35,368 bases of DNA. Origin: Lophium mytilinum. Its lineage: Eukaryota. The stretch lies in NCBI GenBank assembly GCA_010093605.1, contig MU004182.1, positions 1,831,032 through 1,866,399 on the forward strand, given 5' to 3'. Of the stretch, positions 20,760 to 34,193 are shown piece by piece. Every line of letters begins with the position of its first letter. Positions within the stretch are counted from its first letter, which is position 1. The position numbers and the translations under genes are program-made. Below the pieces are notes generated by a model. It was not told the DNA's origin. It worked only from the letters and a program-made list of their open reading frames with translations, and searched no databases.

Positions 20760-22829
20760 CTTGAAAATGGAGCAGAGTCTACTGCAGAAGAGAAGTAAGG
20801 GAAAGGGAGCAATGAAACCTCAGCGGTCAGTTCGTAGCTTCAGAGCAACGGAAGGAGCTATGAAGAAGGTAGAAATAGTTCATCTTATATCATCGGTTAG
20901 CTTTACTCCACTTTAATTACCCGGTTTGAAGGAATTATCTGTTTCTCTTGTGATGATTCAGGGAAGGGTCGCATCGTTTGGTCAGGATAAGGTGCACAGA
21001 CTCTACAAGCTCCGAGTTGAAGCTTGTAATATATTCTTGCGGGGAAGCCTGTCTTCCTTGCATCCAGAAAGCCATACATGACCCTGCATGCCCATACAAT
21101 TCCTCAAGATGGTAGAACCCGGAAGACTATCGTTCTATATTGACCCTAGTCAGAGCACTTTGGGTTAGGTTTCAATTTTCAAGCTTTCCAACAACAGAGA
21201 ACAAGGCGGCAATCTGGGGGCCATTTGTGGGGTAATTTTGTCTCTGCACAACTTCCTTACGGATGCTGAGTGTCCGTAGCAGATCTTCAATGTATATCCG
21301 ACCGTATTCGATATGTTGTGCCGTGCTATGTCAGAGAACCTCGTGTCAGTATGTGGAAGAGCAAGGGTACCTGGAAAACCCGGCAGCTAGGCCCAACGGG
21401 TTTCAAATACGCCACGGAGAAAGTAGGAAAAGGCATAGGTAGAACATCTACGTGTGTAAGATATATGTTTGATGCCGTAGCTTGCCGAAGCGGTCCAGGT
21501 ACCCGGGAGAATTAGCCGAAACGGTGTTGCAAAGCACATCGGGTACAGTAAATACCCGGATAGCAAGCACAATGTAAAAAGCCTTCGTATCTAGAAAATT
21601 ATCCGAAGGAGATAGGACTACTTCTATTGGCAAGTACATCGTGATTAGATCTATGTGATTGGCGCATAGTGCGCATCTTACCGTCGCCATCACGGGTACA
21701 CTGGTCCTACCCAGCAAGGACATACGCTTCGATAAGAGTTCGAGTGTTGAAACTGTCTAGTTACCTTAGCATGATTTAATTGTTGCTTTTAGACATAGTA
21801 CCGAAGAGAGCAGGAGAGAAAGAAAGCACGAATCAAACCTGGACTGGAAACTCAGAGGCAGGGCTCTTGACAGAATGAGAAAAAGAAGCAGCTGCAATCC
21901 CGGGCTAGAATATCACTGGAGATCTGTTCGGCTGTACATAAAATAGTGCTAATTGACAAGGGGTTGTTAGCTCTACTACCATATTACTCCTATGTCAGAT
22001 TGGAAAAGGACGAAACTGGTTAGGTATGAAACACCGGATTTTTCCAAATGCTGATCTGTCTGAACGAAAGAAGCTAGGAAGCTCCGGAGGAAAGAAAAGG
22101 CGTTGACTAAAGGAGGAAGGCAGACAGCAGAAAACGACGAGGGAATAGGCGAAGTGAGAGGACAAAGGGTGGACGAGCTAAAAAAGCGAGGGTATCTGAG
22201 TCTAAGGCTGATGGATGGGAGTGCTTCACGCAGAGTGCAACGGTTGAATGGATCCCATGCGGATGAACGGAAAGTTTCAGCGGGGCTTTGGAGCTGTTGG
22301 CACAAGTTGGACAGAGCTCCGAAATCTATTGCATCGGTCTTCGAGCCCGACGCGTTTTGCGGGAGCGCCTGGCGTTACAAAGAAGTTCGTTGATACCCAT
22401 ATCCTCGGAGACATGTATGGATTTCTTGGTGAGATGGAACATGAAAGCTAAGGATCTTGAAAAGGTGACTGAGAAAGACATGGTAAATTTGATGACGTAT
22501 TTTGCGGATCACTGAGGATGCGGAGTGTTGAAGTAACAGAAAACAAGCACACTGATATTGAGACTGGTACAAAGGAACAGTGCTGTGCCTTTATAGAACC
22601 ACTCGTTGTATGAAGATGTCGAGTAAGCCGTAGCTAGGATCATCCAGTAGTCTGTCAAGATTTCGTAAACAGCATGGGGGATTAGCAACTTGAATGACAT
22701 CCGCTCAATGACCTGAGAAAGTGTGTATACTTGGGAATCAAGATACACGACCTATCAATTACCCTGCAACTCCAAGTTGCTTAATGCGTGTATATCGACA
22801 CGGAGCCTCGACCAGATCTGCAGTCCAGG

Positions 22830-24544
22830 CTAATGGCTTAACGGGCATCCTCGTATAGGACACTTCCCTTTGCCATCTTTTAGGAAAGTAAAACGGTTGA
22901 AAATAGGCATCTCAATGGTCCTACGTAGTAGGTAGTCCTGGACGTGTTCCCAATGGCAATCATGATCATCTTCGTCGTCGAGACCGAATTCCTTTTCACG
23001 ACTGACTTGTAAGACGTTGTAATCGTCATTGGGACCTGGGAAAAAGCCATCCTGATTCTTGGCCAAAGAGCCTAAGTCGTCAAGGCGAACGTAGTCCAAG
23101 CTCAGGTACGTGGGTAGCTTGGAAACAAAACTTTTCCAAGACCGTTGATTTTTAGGGAAGGTCAGACCAGCAAGGTACAGGCCTCGCAAGTTCGGAGCCA
23201 GTAAATGCAAAAACCTGAAGAGTGTGTCTTCCGGCGTGTAGAACTTTCCCAGGGTCAAATTCTTCAATTGAGGCCAGGGAAGTTCTCGGAGATTGTCCGC
23301 GCCATCATAAAGAAGATGATTCAGGATATTGAAGTCCGGACTGGTATCCATAGACCTTCCTGCGTAGATCAAACAGTCCGGTCCGACATCAAGGGCAAGG
23401 GTTTGCAGTGCTTTAGCACGCAGGACAACGTTCGCCAGTTCGACGACCGGATTGCTGAGCGCTTCTATTGCGCGATACCTCATCTGAACGTGAAGACTGG
23501 TGAGAACTTCAAAAACAGGATAAATCTTGGCGATCTTGTTTTTCGCATTGAGCGATTGGTCAAAGTTAGGCCAGTCTGCTTGTTGGTCGTGCTAATTCAA
23601 GTGAGTCTGGCAGAGAAAGGAGTTGCCATGAACATCGAATTGTAGAGACTTGAAGGTCTTAGAAAGGCCCCCGTTCGCTAGACAAGAAAGTAGCCAAGAT
23701 AGCTGAGGGATACCTTCCAGCCATCTTACTTGAGGGTCCCACGGAACACGTTCGTAATCTATCTCGATAGGCGGATTTCCCCCCTCATCCCTCCACTCCG
23801 TCGGCGAGATCGCGATTTTCTTCCGATAGGTAGACCAAAACGCATGCATGAAGTCTTCCATAACACATGCAGATCGCAAGTTCGTCATCTTCTCGATAGC
23901 AGATGAAAATCCGTTCAAGGATTCCAGCATTGGGTTATTGGAGTTGATATGGTCGTCGCAGCATTCACATAATTGGGCCGACGCCTCTTGATACACTAAG
24001 CAACGTTGGTAATAAGCTGTGAGGTCCTGAGCTTCGACCTGAGCTTGTCTCACAGCCCCCTTATTAGGGTCGTACCACCTGGTGTCTATGCGAGCAAATA
24101 AATCAGTACCGGTGAAGGGGTTCAGAGTATACATGTAGGACCAAGGACCCTTGATCCTGGTTGAAGATAGCGCGGTGGGAGATTAGGACAAGGCAACTTG
24201 TAGTCGGCAATTAGCTGAAAAATCGACTCACTCCATATTGACAGTGCGTTCAGCCATGCTTCTTGATTTTCATATTTCCGAGGTAGATCCTTGAAGAATA
24301 CTAGCTCTTTCACAAATTTCGCATAGCCTAGTGTCTTCGCAATCATGATGAACCACTCTAAACTGTCGGGAAACAATCCGATATGGACAGTTTCGAAGAC
24401 ATGTCGCGCTGCTATCCGCGCGAGCTGCTTGCAGGTCTCACGAAGCAGCTTTAGAGAGATGAAATCTGCACGGAGGAACAGGATGATGCGATCCTGGAGC
24501 TCCTCGGGCAGTTCCAGAAGACGTGCCGGTGGTGATGAATTCAT
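22830..24544 (-). pseudogene. Disrupted F-box protein gene (frameshift near 24120-24230, in-frame TAG at 23594-23592)
   Basis: F-box LLELPEELQDRIILFLRADFISLKLLRETCKQLARIAARHVFETV and C-terminal LRR-like segments (WPQLKNLTL, LRGLYL). The ORF is in three pieces. Pieces 2 and 3 share a frame across one TAG. The GTGAGT donor at 24231 has no nearby acceptor that gives an open frame. Confidence 0.6.
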
Positions 24545-24848
24545 TCTAAAGGATTGAACAAGTCAATCTTGAACACTTAGGAACGTCCCTGTGTTAACCT
24601 TTCAACGCATTTAACGCGCGTTAGTTCTATAGGGTTGCTTCAAGTCGATTTCAATGGTAAGGAAAGAGGGCGCTCGACGATCGAGCTGCGACTCTAATTC
24701 TGCTTAGCCTGTGAGGGAATGCTGCGATCACTGCTTAAGGTGAGTGAGGGCAGAGAACAGGTGGGGTTGTGGAAGTTAAGTGCGGATGCGATTATCTCAG
24801 GTGCCTCAGCCGCTTCTCCGAGTTATTTTAAGGCGTTCCACCACCCAA

Positions 24849-25620
24849 TATAGTAAAGGCCGCCCCACTACCCCCTTACTTAGCCTCTAGCCCTCCCTTC
24901 CTCCCCCCTAAAATTCCTTGGAATTTGCGTCTAAGGATTTATAGGCGCCTGTTTAGTGTAAACTAGTCTATTTTTAACAGGTATACCTTTTTTAAATATT
25001 AACTATAAGGTAAATTTATTAGCTATAGTCTTAGTATTTAATATATTTTAATTATAAGTTCTTTCTCTACTATCTTTTAAGAGTTATACCTAGCTAGCTA
25101 TAGTATTAAGGGTTAATATATAGTATTAAAGTTAAAAGTATATTTTTTAAAACTAGACTACTATATCTTATTTCTCTATATATATTTTTTAGCACGCCTA
25201 TATTATAATAGATTATGCCCCGCCCTCTAGTTATATATTTATCTATTACTAGCTACTAGCCTTCTACTTCTATATTTATTATATTACCTAGCGCTATCTA
25301 TACGCTAGCCCGCCTAGCGCCTACGCGCCTTTCTTCTCTATATATATAGCTTCTTTCTAAAGGCCTCTCTTTCTACTTCTTATATAACCTCTTAAAATTA
25401 ACCTATCTAGTTACTTTATACTACTAAGCTTCTCTATACTATAACTATAATATTAGGTTATATTTAATACTCTAACTAGTACTAATTCTTTTTTACTATT
25501 ACTACCTTAAACCTTAATTCTTATTTACTAAGCTATTTAATAAGCTTAGTTTATATATCTATATAACTATATATATAATACTAAAAGAGTATATAGCTAT
25601 ACTATTTTACCTTACTAAGT
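24849..25620 (-). mobile_element. Possible 3' end of a pogo/Fot1 (Tc1-mariner) DNA transposon relic
   Basis: The boundary reads TA+TAGTAAAGGCCGCCCC (CAGT-type TIR start after de-RIP). The minus frame shows a K/E/R-rich stretch (EVEREAFRKKL..RRKARRR) then GHN with de-RIPable Cys codons near 25200-25235. The fit to the CCHC spacing is imperfect. Confidence 0.3.
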
Positions 25621-25999
25621 ACTATTACTATAGACTTTATAATAAGTAATCTACTACCTCTACTAGGCGCTAGAGCCTCTACTAATAATCTAGAATCTAG
25701 ATATTCTAGATATAGTAGCTTATAACTATTTTTCTACTTTCTATTATTCTATATATAGTTCTACGCACTCTTTAAGTCTTTTTATAAGACTCTAAAGAGC
25801 GCGCCCCTCTAAAAGCTAACTAAAGAAGATATCTAGTAGTCTACTTAAGAAGATACCTAGTAGTCTACCTAAACTATATATATAGATACTTAGCTTACCT
25901 AAGATAAAGATATTATTAAAGATAACTATATTAATAACTCTATATATACTCTAGACCTAATAGTCTATAGCTCTATTATTAAGTACTATACTTCTAGCT

Positions 26000-27560
26000 A
26001 TAGCTATAACCTAGGCATATTTCTTAACTCTATTAATAATATTACTAAATTTCTAGACTATTTACTTCTATCTAGTAATAAATAGTTTAATAGCTTAATT
26101 AAGATTATAGACTCTTAGAATTTTCTTATATAAGTTTAAGCTAATTCTATCTACTTCTTTTATATTCTTAGAAGCTATTAAGCTATAACTAAGATTCTTT
26201 AGTAAATGCGCAAGAATAACTAGAAAGTATAGCGCAAGCTCTAAGATAAAATTAGAGTTCTTAAAGACAACTATAATAAAAAGAATAATAAGTTAGAAGC
26301 TGCGTATAAGAAACTTAAACGCCTACTTAATATTAAAACTAAACTAGAAGAATATAAAAATAAACTCTATACTTATAAGAAGATAGTAGCTTTACTAAAT
26401 AAGACTTTTACTTCTCTTAACGCAGATATTAAGGCCTAGTAGAAGAACTATATTTAAGCTAATAAGTAATCTATTAAGTAAGAAAAGATTATAGAGCACC
26501 TTATAGCTAATCTTACTTAAGTAGCTAAGAATAAGTATAAATATAATATGCGCCTTACTACTTTAGAGAATAAAATTAAAATACTATAGATACTTTAGCG
26601 CACTTTTATACCTGCGCCTACTATAGCCTCTTCTATAATAATACCCTTTATAGTACTCTATCTACTTTATTCTATTACTTCTCTACTACCTATTAACTCT
26701 ATTACTATAGTAGCTAAAGATCTACTTACCTCCCTTAATAGAGTAATCTATTTAGAAGAAGTATAAGCTAATAATAGCCTCTTAGTAGAATATAACTATA
26801 ATACTAATTAACTTTATTATACTATAGAGTATATAAGTAATAAAAATTAAGCTTACTATACTATAGAATATATACGCGGTTACTATAACTCTAGCCTACT
26901 TTTATCTAATAATAGAAGCCCCTCTTATTACCGTAATTATATATATAGCCTATCTTATTATTATAACTACTTCTATAAGTATTACTCTTATTATTACTTA
27001 TACTTATACTTATACTTACGCTTATATTTATAAAATATAAGCTATTTCTATTACTATTACTAAGACCCCTATATTAAGACATTTAAAGATTATTAAAATC
27101 TTAGTATTACCCTAAATAGAGTTCTATATATAGAAGATAAGTTCTAGCCCTATCTAGATAAGTTTAAAGATAATAAAAATAAGTACTCTAAGTTTTATTA
27201 TAGATTTCTAAATAAAGTTAACTATAGTAGCTATGCTATAAGATCTAGTAAACCCTTATATTTTACCTATCTTAGTAAGTAACTTATAGGTATACCCCTT
27301 AAAGGCTTTTACGCCTAGTAAAATAGCTACTAGCTCTTTCTTACTATCTAGAAAGCTATTATATTCTTAGACTTTATTAGAAATTTCTAAATTAAGAAAC
27401 GCGCGGAGAATACTAGTTACTTATATAACCTTCTAGAAGACTACGCATTTTACTACTCCGCGGGCTTTATACTACTCTATAAAAGTTTACCTACTTCTTA
27501 TATAAAATTTACGCGCAGGCTATATAAATAATTCTTAATTATAGATAATCTAGTATTATA
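26000..27560 (+). mobile_element. RIP-degraded gag-like ORF relic
   Basis: Coiled-coil-like stretch (KLEAAYKKLKRLLNIKTKLEEYK), a low-complexity S/T/P/H stretch, then CTA GAT AAG TTT AAA GAT AAT AAA (27154-27177), which de-RIPs to approximately P-D-K-F-x-G-D-K and is followed by a YL..x.L.G pattern. This resembles the start of the fungal Ty3/Gypsy gag capsid. Confidence 0.4.
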
Positions 27561-30500
27561 GGTAATTATTATAGTTAATAACTACTTTATAGTCCTTATA
27601 AATATAGCTATCTACCTTCTCTATCTAACTTTCTAAAACCGCCTAATCCGCCTAGGTTATAGATAGATAGATAATAATATAGATAGGGCCTTATATACTA
27701 AATATATAATTATCACATATAGTAGAAAATTTAAAGTTACACTAGTATATCTAGTTATCTCTTCTTACTACCTCTACTAGAGCTTTATAGTCTATAGTAA
27801 CTTTATATATATTATAGACTTTATATATTATATAGATAGTAATACCTATATATATTTCTAAGAATTATATAACTATTACTAACCTTAATAATTTTAATAT
27901 TCTAGTGGACTATTAGAGCTAGTAATACATGCGCTAGATATCCGGGCTAGGGAATAGCATATAATATATATATTGCGCGTTAGATAATAGACTATATAGT
28001 AATTTAGAATGCATCTAATTGCAGTATATATATTATAAAATAGAAAGATAATACTAAGTATAAAATAGAGCCTACTTATACCCTATTTACTAATTCTATA
28101 CTACTATTTCTTATCCCTAATACTCTTAAGCAACTTAATAACTAGCCGCAGGCTTTCTTCTCTAGAATCCTGTACCTTAATATAGGCAGCTATAAACTTT
28201 TAATATTAGTTCTTATTAGATATAATTATAGTATTATTTTTATACTAGCTATATTTATCTTTCTTTATATAGAACTGCTACCTAAATTACATAAATAAGA
28301 GATTAAGAGGGCACCGCTTCTAGTAGTTCTTTATTTTAATACTCTTCTTAGCCTCCCTATAAATTAGAGCTAAGCGGTATAAGTTATTATTAGTAAGGGG
28401 CTCTATATTATTAATCTTATTATTCTATAGTTAATATAATTAGTATATTATACTTTAGCTCTCTACTTTATATAATTATCTATACTATCTATAATATCTA
28501 ATAAAGTGTCCCTAAGGGGGAGGCTAGATAAAATTAAACGCGGTAAGAATAAGTATCTAGAGTTAAATAGTTATGCTTTACTTTTAATGCGCTTTATTAG
28601 TATATATATCTTCTTGCGTTAGTTAATAAGGTTCTACTACTAATTCTACTTCTTTACTTTTATTCTCGCCACCCTTATAGTAAAGGCCTATTATTATTCC
28701 GGTATTATATCTTTAGTTAAATCTAATATATTATAGCGGTTAGGGTTATTATATATATTTTTATTATTATCTTCTTTATAGTTTATATGCCGACCTACCT
28801 ATTTTATAATAAATTCTTACTAGTAGGATAATAGTTAGTACTTGCGGCATAAGCTAAGTGCCCGCTATTAGGTAAGATATTTATTATAATTTACTACCCT
28901 AGCTTATAGTTAGCATAGTCTTATATAAGGGGGGCGGTAGTTAATACTAGTAGCGGTAACCCTATAAATTAGATTTATGCGCTTCTAGCCTAAGGTATAT
29001 TTACTAATAGTATAGTAGAGGTAAGTATATATATATATAATAGTATTACCTAAAAGAGGGTTAAAAAACTTTTTTAAGTATCTTTATATCTTTAAGGCGT
29101 TTATAGACTATTCTATAAAAAGTAGGTCTATAACTACTACCTAGATAGCCTTAGCTATAAAGATTACTAGTAGCCTCTATAATCTATTAGAATGCTATCT
29201 AACACTAGGTTAGTAACTAATCTTAGCTTAGTCTTTATCTACTCTAAAGAGATAGTTCTAATTCTTTATTAGCGTTAATGCAGTACTAGTAATATCTAGA
29301 GTTATAGAACTAAGACTATAGTATTCTTATATAATATTATAAGCAACCTTTATTATAGTATTATAGAAATAACTAAAAGTATTATAAATCTAGGTTATAT
29401 ATTATAATTAGCTATTATATAAGGTTATAGAAGTAGAGAGAGAATAATATACCTTCCGCGCATAAAAAGAGTCTAGAGTAGTAGGGATATTAGCTTAAGT
29501 ATAGAATAGTTAGTCTTTATAGACGTCTGCCTATATTTATATTAGTACTTACTAAAATATATTTAGCCTAATACTTTTAGTCTAGGCTATAAGGTTATTA
29601 CTATATTTTCTAATTATATTAGTGCCTAATACTATACTTCTAAGTATCTAGTATTTTATTTATTCTTCTACTACTATATATTTTACCTCTATAGTTAGTA
29701 CTTTAGTATACCTATCTACGCTATTTTATATCTAAATTATTTTACTATATTATTTTATACTAAGGGAGCTAATACAGTTATAGACGGGTATACCTCTACC
29801 TATGCCTAAAAAGTAGCTAGTAGAAAAGAAGAATAGTAGACCGCTTAATATAAAGGTATTAGACCTAGTTATTTAGTTAATAGCCCTGCGGGCTTCTATT
29901 CTAGCCGCTGTCTTATCTTAGACTACGGCGGCACTCTAATAGGTATTTATTAGTATATACTACTTAGTAGAGTAGCTATAATATATATATAAGCTAATCT
30001 TATACTTAAAGTCTATTTATATATAGAAGTTAGTATTACTAAATTAGAAGATAGGCGTATACCTATTCTTATTCTCTATACCGCGTTTTCTCTTTCCGGC
30101 AAGAGATAAGGTGCGGCTAGACGGCTAAGATAATATAGTATTACTATCTTAGAATATTCTAGTAGTATATTCTCTTTTACTTATTAAGTTCTATATATTT
30201 ATTATTAGTTAGCAGGCGTTAGAGTTAAGGGAGCTAGGCGTGTTACTATGTTAATTAGTTTTAAGGTAGCGCATTTTTACTTTTTTACTATCTATAGTTA
30301 TACGCGTTAGCTATATATATATTAATATATACTATAAATAGGGTATATAGTATAGTATATTTAAGTTATATAGTAAGTTTCTATTTAGGATAGAGAAAAA
30401 TAGTTCTATATTACCTTTTACTATATTTAAGTAAGTAATATTAAGCCTTACTAAATAATAGATAGGGGGCGTATAGTAAAAGAATATTCTATTTCTTAAG

Positions 30501-33326
30501 GTAGAGTGCAAGAATAATAACTATAAAGGGAAGTAAAGTAGATTATAATTAAGTAGTATAGAGAGAAGAGAATAAAGGGAAAGTAAGTTGCGCGTTTATT
30601 ATAATAGAATATAATAGAGCTAGCTAGATGCAGTCTATATATATTAACTTAGCGTCTTTAGCTAGTTATATACCTCTTCTCTATCCCCCCCTTAATAAAG
30701 CCCTATTATTCTATATAATTAAATACTTCTATTTATATAATTACCTCTTCTATTATATTACCTTAGACTAGAGCTTATACTTATATACTTATATTAACTT
30801 CTACTAATTACTATATATACGCTGCCACCTTCTACTATTATTTCTAGATAGCATCTTCTATACTATTAGAATAGTAGTTAGTTAAGAGATTATAGACTTT
30901 GCATTCTATATTATTAGATAGATAGCTAGCTAAGTTAAAGGCCCTAATAGAGGTATTAATGTTATAATATATAGCTGTCCCCTTATTACTAACTTTATCC
31001 CTAGTTAGATAACCTACTTAGGCGTAAATAACCCGCTAGCTATCTCCTCTAGCTATAGTATATATCCCTCTTCTATATTATCTACTATAAACGCCTCTAT
31101 CTTTACTAACTAAATTACGTAACCTTAAGCTATTATATTCTTCTCTTTCTTAGCCTAAAACACTCTCTTTACTACTATTTAGGCCTCCTTTCTATAATTC
31201 TAGCCCTCTATTAGTTACTATACTATAAGTAGTTATATACTATATTATAGGGTACTTCTTTATAGTAGAGAGGTCCCTAGATAGAAGAATAGAAGGGTAG
31301 TCTACTAGTAGTAAATTCCCCCCCTATAGAATCTATATACCCGGTTAGAATATTTAGCTATATAGCTATACTTCTAGTTCTAATAATAGCTATAGTTTAG
31401 ATAACTCTATACCGCCTATATATAGGGATATTAAGCTATTTATATTCTAGTCTAGTAAAATAGTATAAAGTTATAATAAGGCCCCGCCTTAGGGTAGTAT
31501 AGTTCTAGTCCAGTTCCCTTAGTAAGGCGGGCTATAGAATAGTCTAATTATAAATTAGGTTAGCTAGGTATATAGACTTTTATACTATCTAAGTTCTCTA
31601 CCTTTTATAGTTTTATACTTTTATCTCTTATATAACTCTTATATTCTTTTTAACTTTTTCTATAGCTCTAATCTCTTACTTATTTATCTTATTACGCAGG
31701 CGTTTATAACTGGTAGAGGCTAATATAGGTATAGGTAGAAGAATAGCATAGTACTAGCTAGAATAGATAGATATAGAGGTGTTATCTATCTATATTAGCT
31801 ATATTAATTAAAATTGTCGCATATATCTAATATACTATTTAGCTAAGGCTTAATAATTAGGGTAATATAGTCTAGTTCTCTTAATAAACTCTAATACACT
31901 ATTACTATATACTAGTCTACCTTATTCTTAACTAGAAACTTAAGATTATCTATAATATAGTAATATATAGTTTTACATCCTATATTAAGACTAAATATTA
32001 TATTTAACCTAGTAATAAGCATACTAAATTTAGGGGCTAGTATTACTAGTATACTCTTTAGTAGTATAGGTAGTGCAAGTTTATATACTAGTATAATGCG
32101 GGTAGCCTTACTACCTAGCTACTTTACTAATATTAACTTTATTTCTATATGCGCTAAACTGCAGTAGTATTTAGAGTATAGTAAAGTTCTATTTTATTTA
32201 GCAGGCGGAGTATCTATAGAATTAGAATAATAAAACGCGTTAATATAATCTTATCTTTTCTTATTATAGTTATATTACTATATAAGTTTTAATATCTATT
32301 TATATTCTTCTTTAAGTAGAACGCGTAAAAGTATCTTAGAAAACTTCTTTATAATATCTATTATTATAGATTATACTATCCCTCTAATTATCTTTAAGCG
32401 GAGGAATCTACCTAGTAGATCTACTAACCTTATTTTAGTCTTTATTGCAGTATATAGCGTATTATATTTATAGGCGCTAATATTAAGGCTCTATATAAGC
32501 TTACTTCTAGAGTCTAGCTTAAGGTTATTAGGTATTAGGGACTAGCCTTATTTATCTAATAATATAACGGTTTAATAATTCTTAGAGTATAGAAGGGGTA
32601 GAAAAGGTAAAGTTAGAGTTAGTTTATATATGTATTTAGATAATAGAGTACTAAGACTAGACTCTTATTGCATTTACGTAACTAAATTAGCTACTTTAGC
32701 AGTAACTATTTTATAGTAATTAATAGGATACCTATACTGCCTCTTCTCTTAAGAAGGAACTAAAGCCCCTTTATATTAATAGTAACCTAGCATTTATTAA
32801 GTTATTAGTGTAAGATCTAGATAGTTTAGTATTAGGCTAAAAATTCTATATTTTATACTGCTGCCTAATATATTTATATACTTAAGTATTAGAGATAATT
32901 ATAAATAATGCTCTATTATTAACTATTACTATATAACAGCCCGGTTTATTTATCTAAATATATACTTAGGCGGTGCTCCCTTTTTTATAATTATTAATAT
33001 TATTATAGGGCGCTATTATAATGCTTTAGGGCTTTAGCTAATTATATATAGTATAGGGATACTAATATTATAAGAGTATAGGCCTATACGCCTATTTTAG
33101 AATACTCTTATTTAATTTATATAATAGCTAGGACTAGGGATATATACTTTCTCTAGCGACTTAAATATATTAAGAAGCGTAATAAATATAATAGTATTTT
33201 AGAGTATTTTTTAAATTAAGTAGAAAGGTTGTAAATAGATAGCGTCTAAATTAGCTATAGAGTAGCATATAAATATATTATACTATCTTAAAACTAATCT
33301 AACTTATCTCTATATTTAATTAGCTA

Positions 33327-34193
33327 NNNNNNNNNNNNNNNNNNNNNNNNNNNNNNNNNNNNNNNNNNNNNNNNNNNNNNNNNNNNNNNNNNNNNNNNNN
33401 NNNNNNNNNNNNNNNNNNNNNNNNNNNNNNNNNNNNNNNNNNNNNNNNNNNNNNNNNNNNNNNNNNNNNNNNNNNNNNNNNNNNNNNNNNNNNNNNNNNN
33501 NNNNNNNNNNNNNNNNNNNNNNNNNNNNNNNNNNNNNNNNNNNNNNNNNNNNNNNNNNNNNNNNNNNNNNNNNNNNNNNNNNNNNNNNNNNNNNNNNNNN
33601 NNNNNNNNNNNNNNNNNNNNNNNNNNNNNNNNNNNNNNNNNNNNNNNNNNNNNNNNNNNNNNNNNNNNNNNNNNNNNNNNNNNNNNNNNNNNNNNNNNNN
33701 NNNNNNNNNNNNNNNNNNNNNNNNNNNNNNNNNNNNNNNNNNNNNNNNNNNNNNNNNNNNNNNNNNNNNNNNNNNNNNNNNNNNNNNNNNNNNNNNNNNN
33801 NNNNNNNNNNNNNNNNNNNNNNNNNNNNNNNNNNNNNNNNNNNNNNNNNNNNNNNNNNNNNNNNNNNNNNNNNNNNNNNNNNNNNNNNNNNNNNNNNNNN
33901 NNNNNNNNNNNNNNNNNNNNNNNNNNNNNNNNNNNNNNNNNNNNNNNNNNNNNNNNNNNNNNNNNNNNNNNNNNNNNNNNNNNNNNNNNNNNNNNNNNNN
34001 NNNNNNNNNNNNNNNNNNNNNNNNNNNNNNNNNNNNNNNNNNNNNNNNNNNNNNNNNNNNNNNNNNNNNNNNNNNNNNNNNNNNNNNNNNNNNNNNNNNN
34101 NNNNNNNNNNNNNNNNNNNNNNNNNNNNNNNNNNNNNNNNNNNNNNNNNNNNNNNNNNNNNNNNNNNNNNNNNNNNNNNNNNNNNNNNNNNNN
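33327..34193. other. Assembly gap (867 N)
   Basis: Run of N characters. Confidence 0.99.

Noticed and set aside
21780..22760. Possible decayed gene between the MFS and the third F-box gene
   Set aside because: Some protein-like stretches and one intron-like GCTAAT..AAG exist, but no strand or frame gives a consistent model or recognisable family.
32370..32410. Plus-strand IPLIIFK resembling the pogo DDE motif PPxIIFKG
   Set aside because: The flanking DDE motifs are absent and the opposite strand gives a longer coherent frame.
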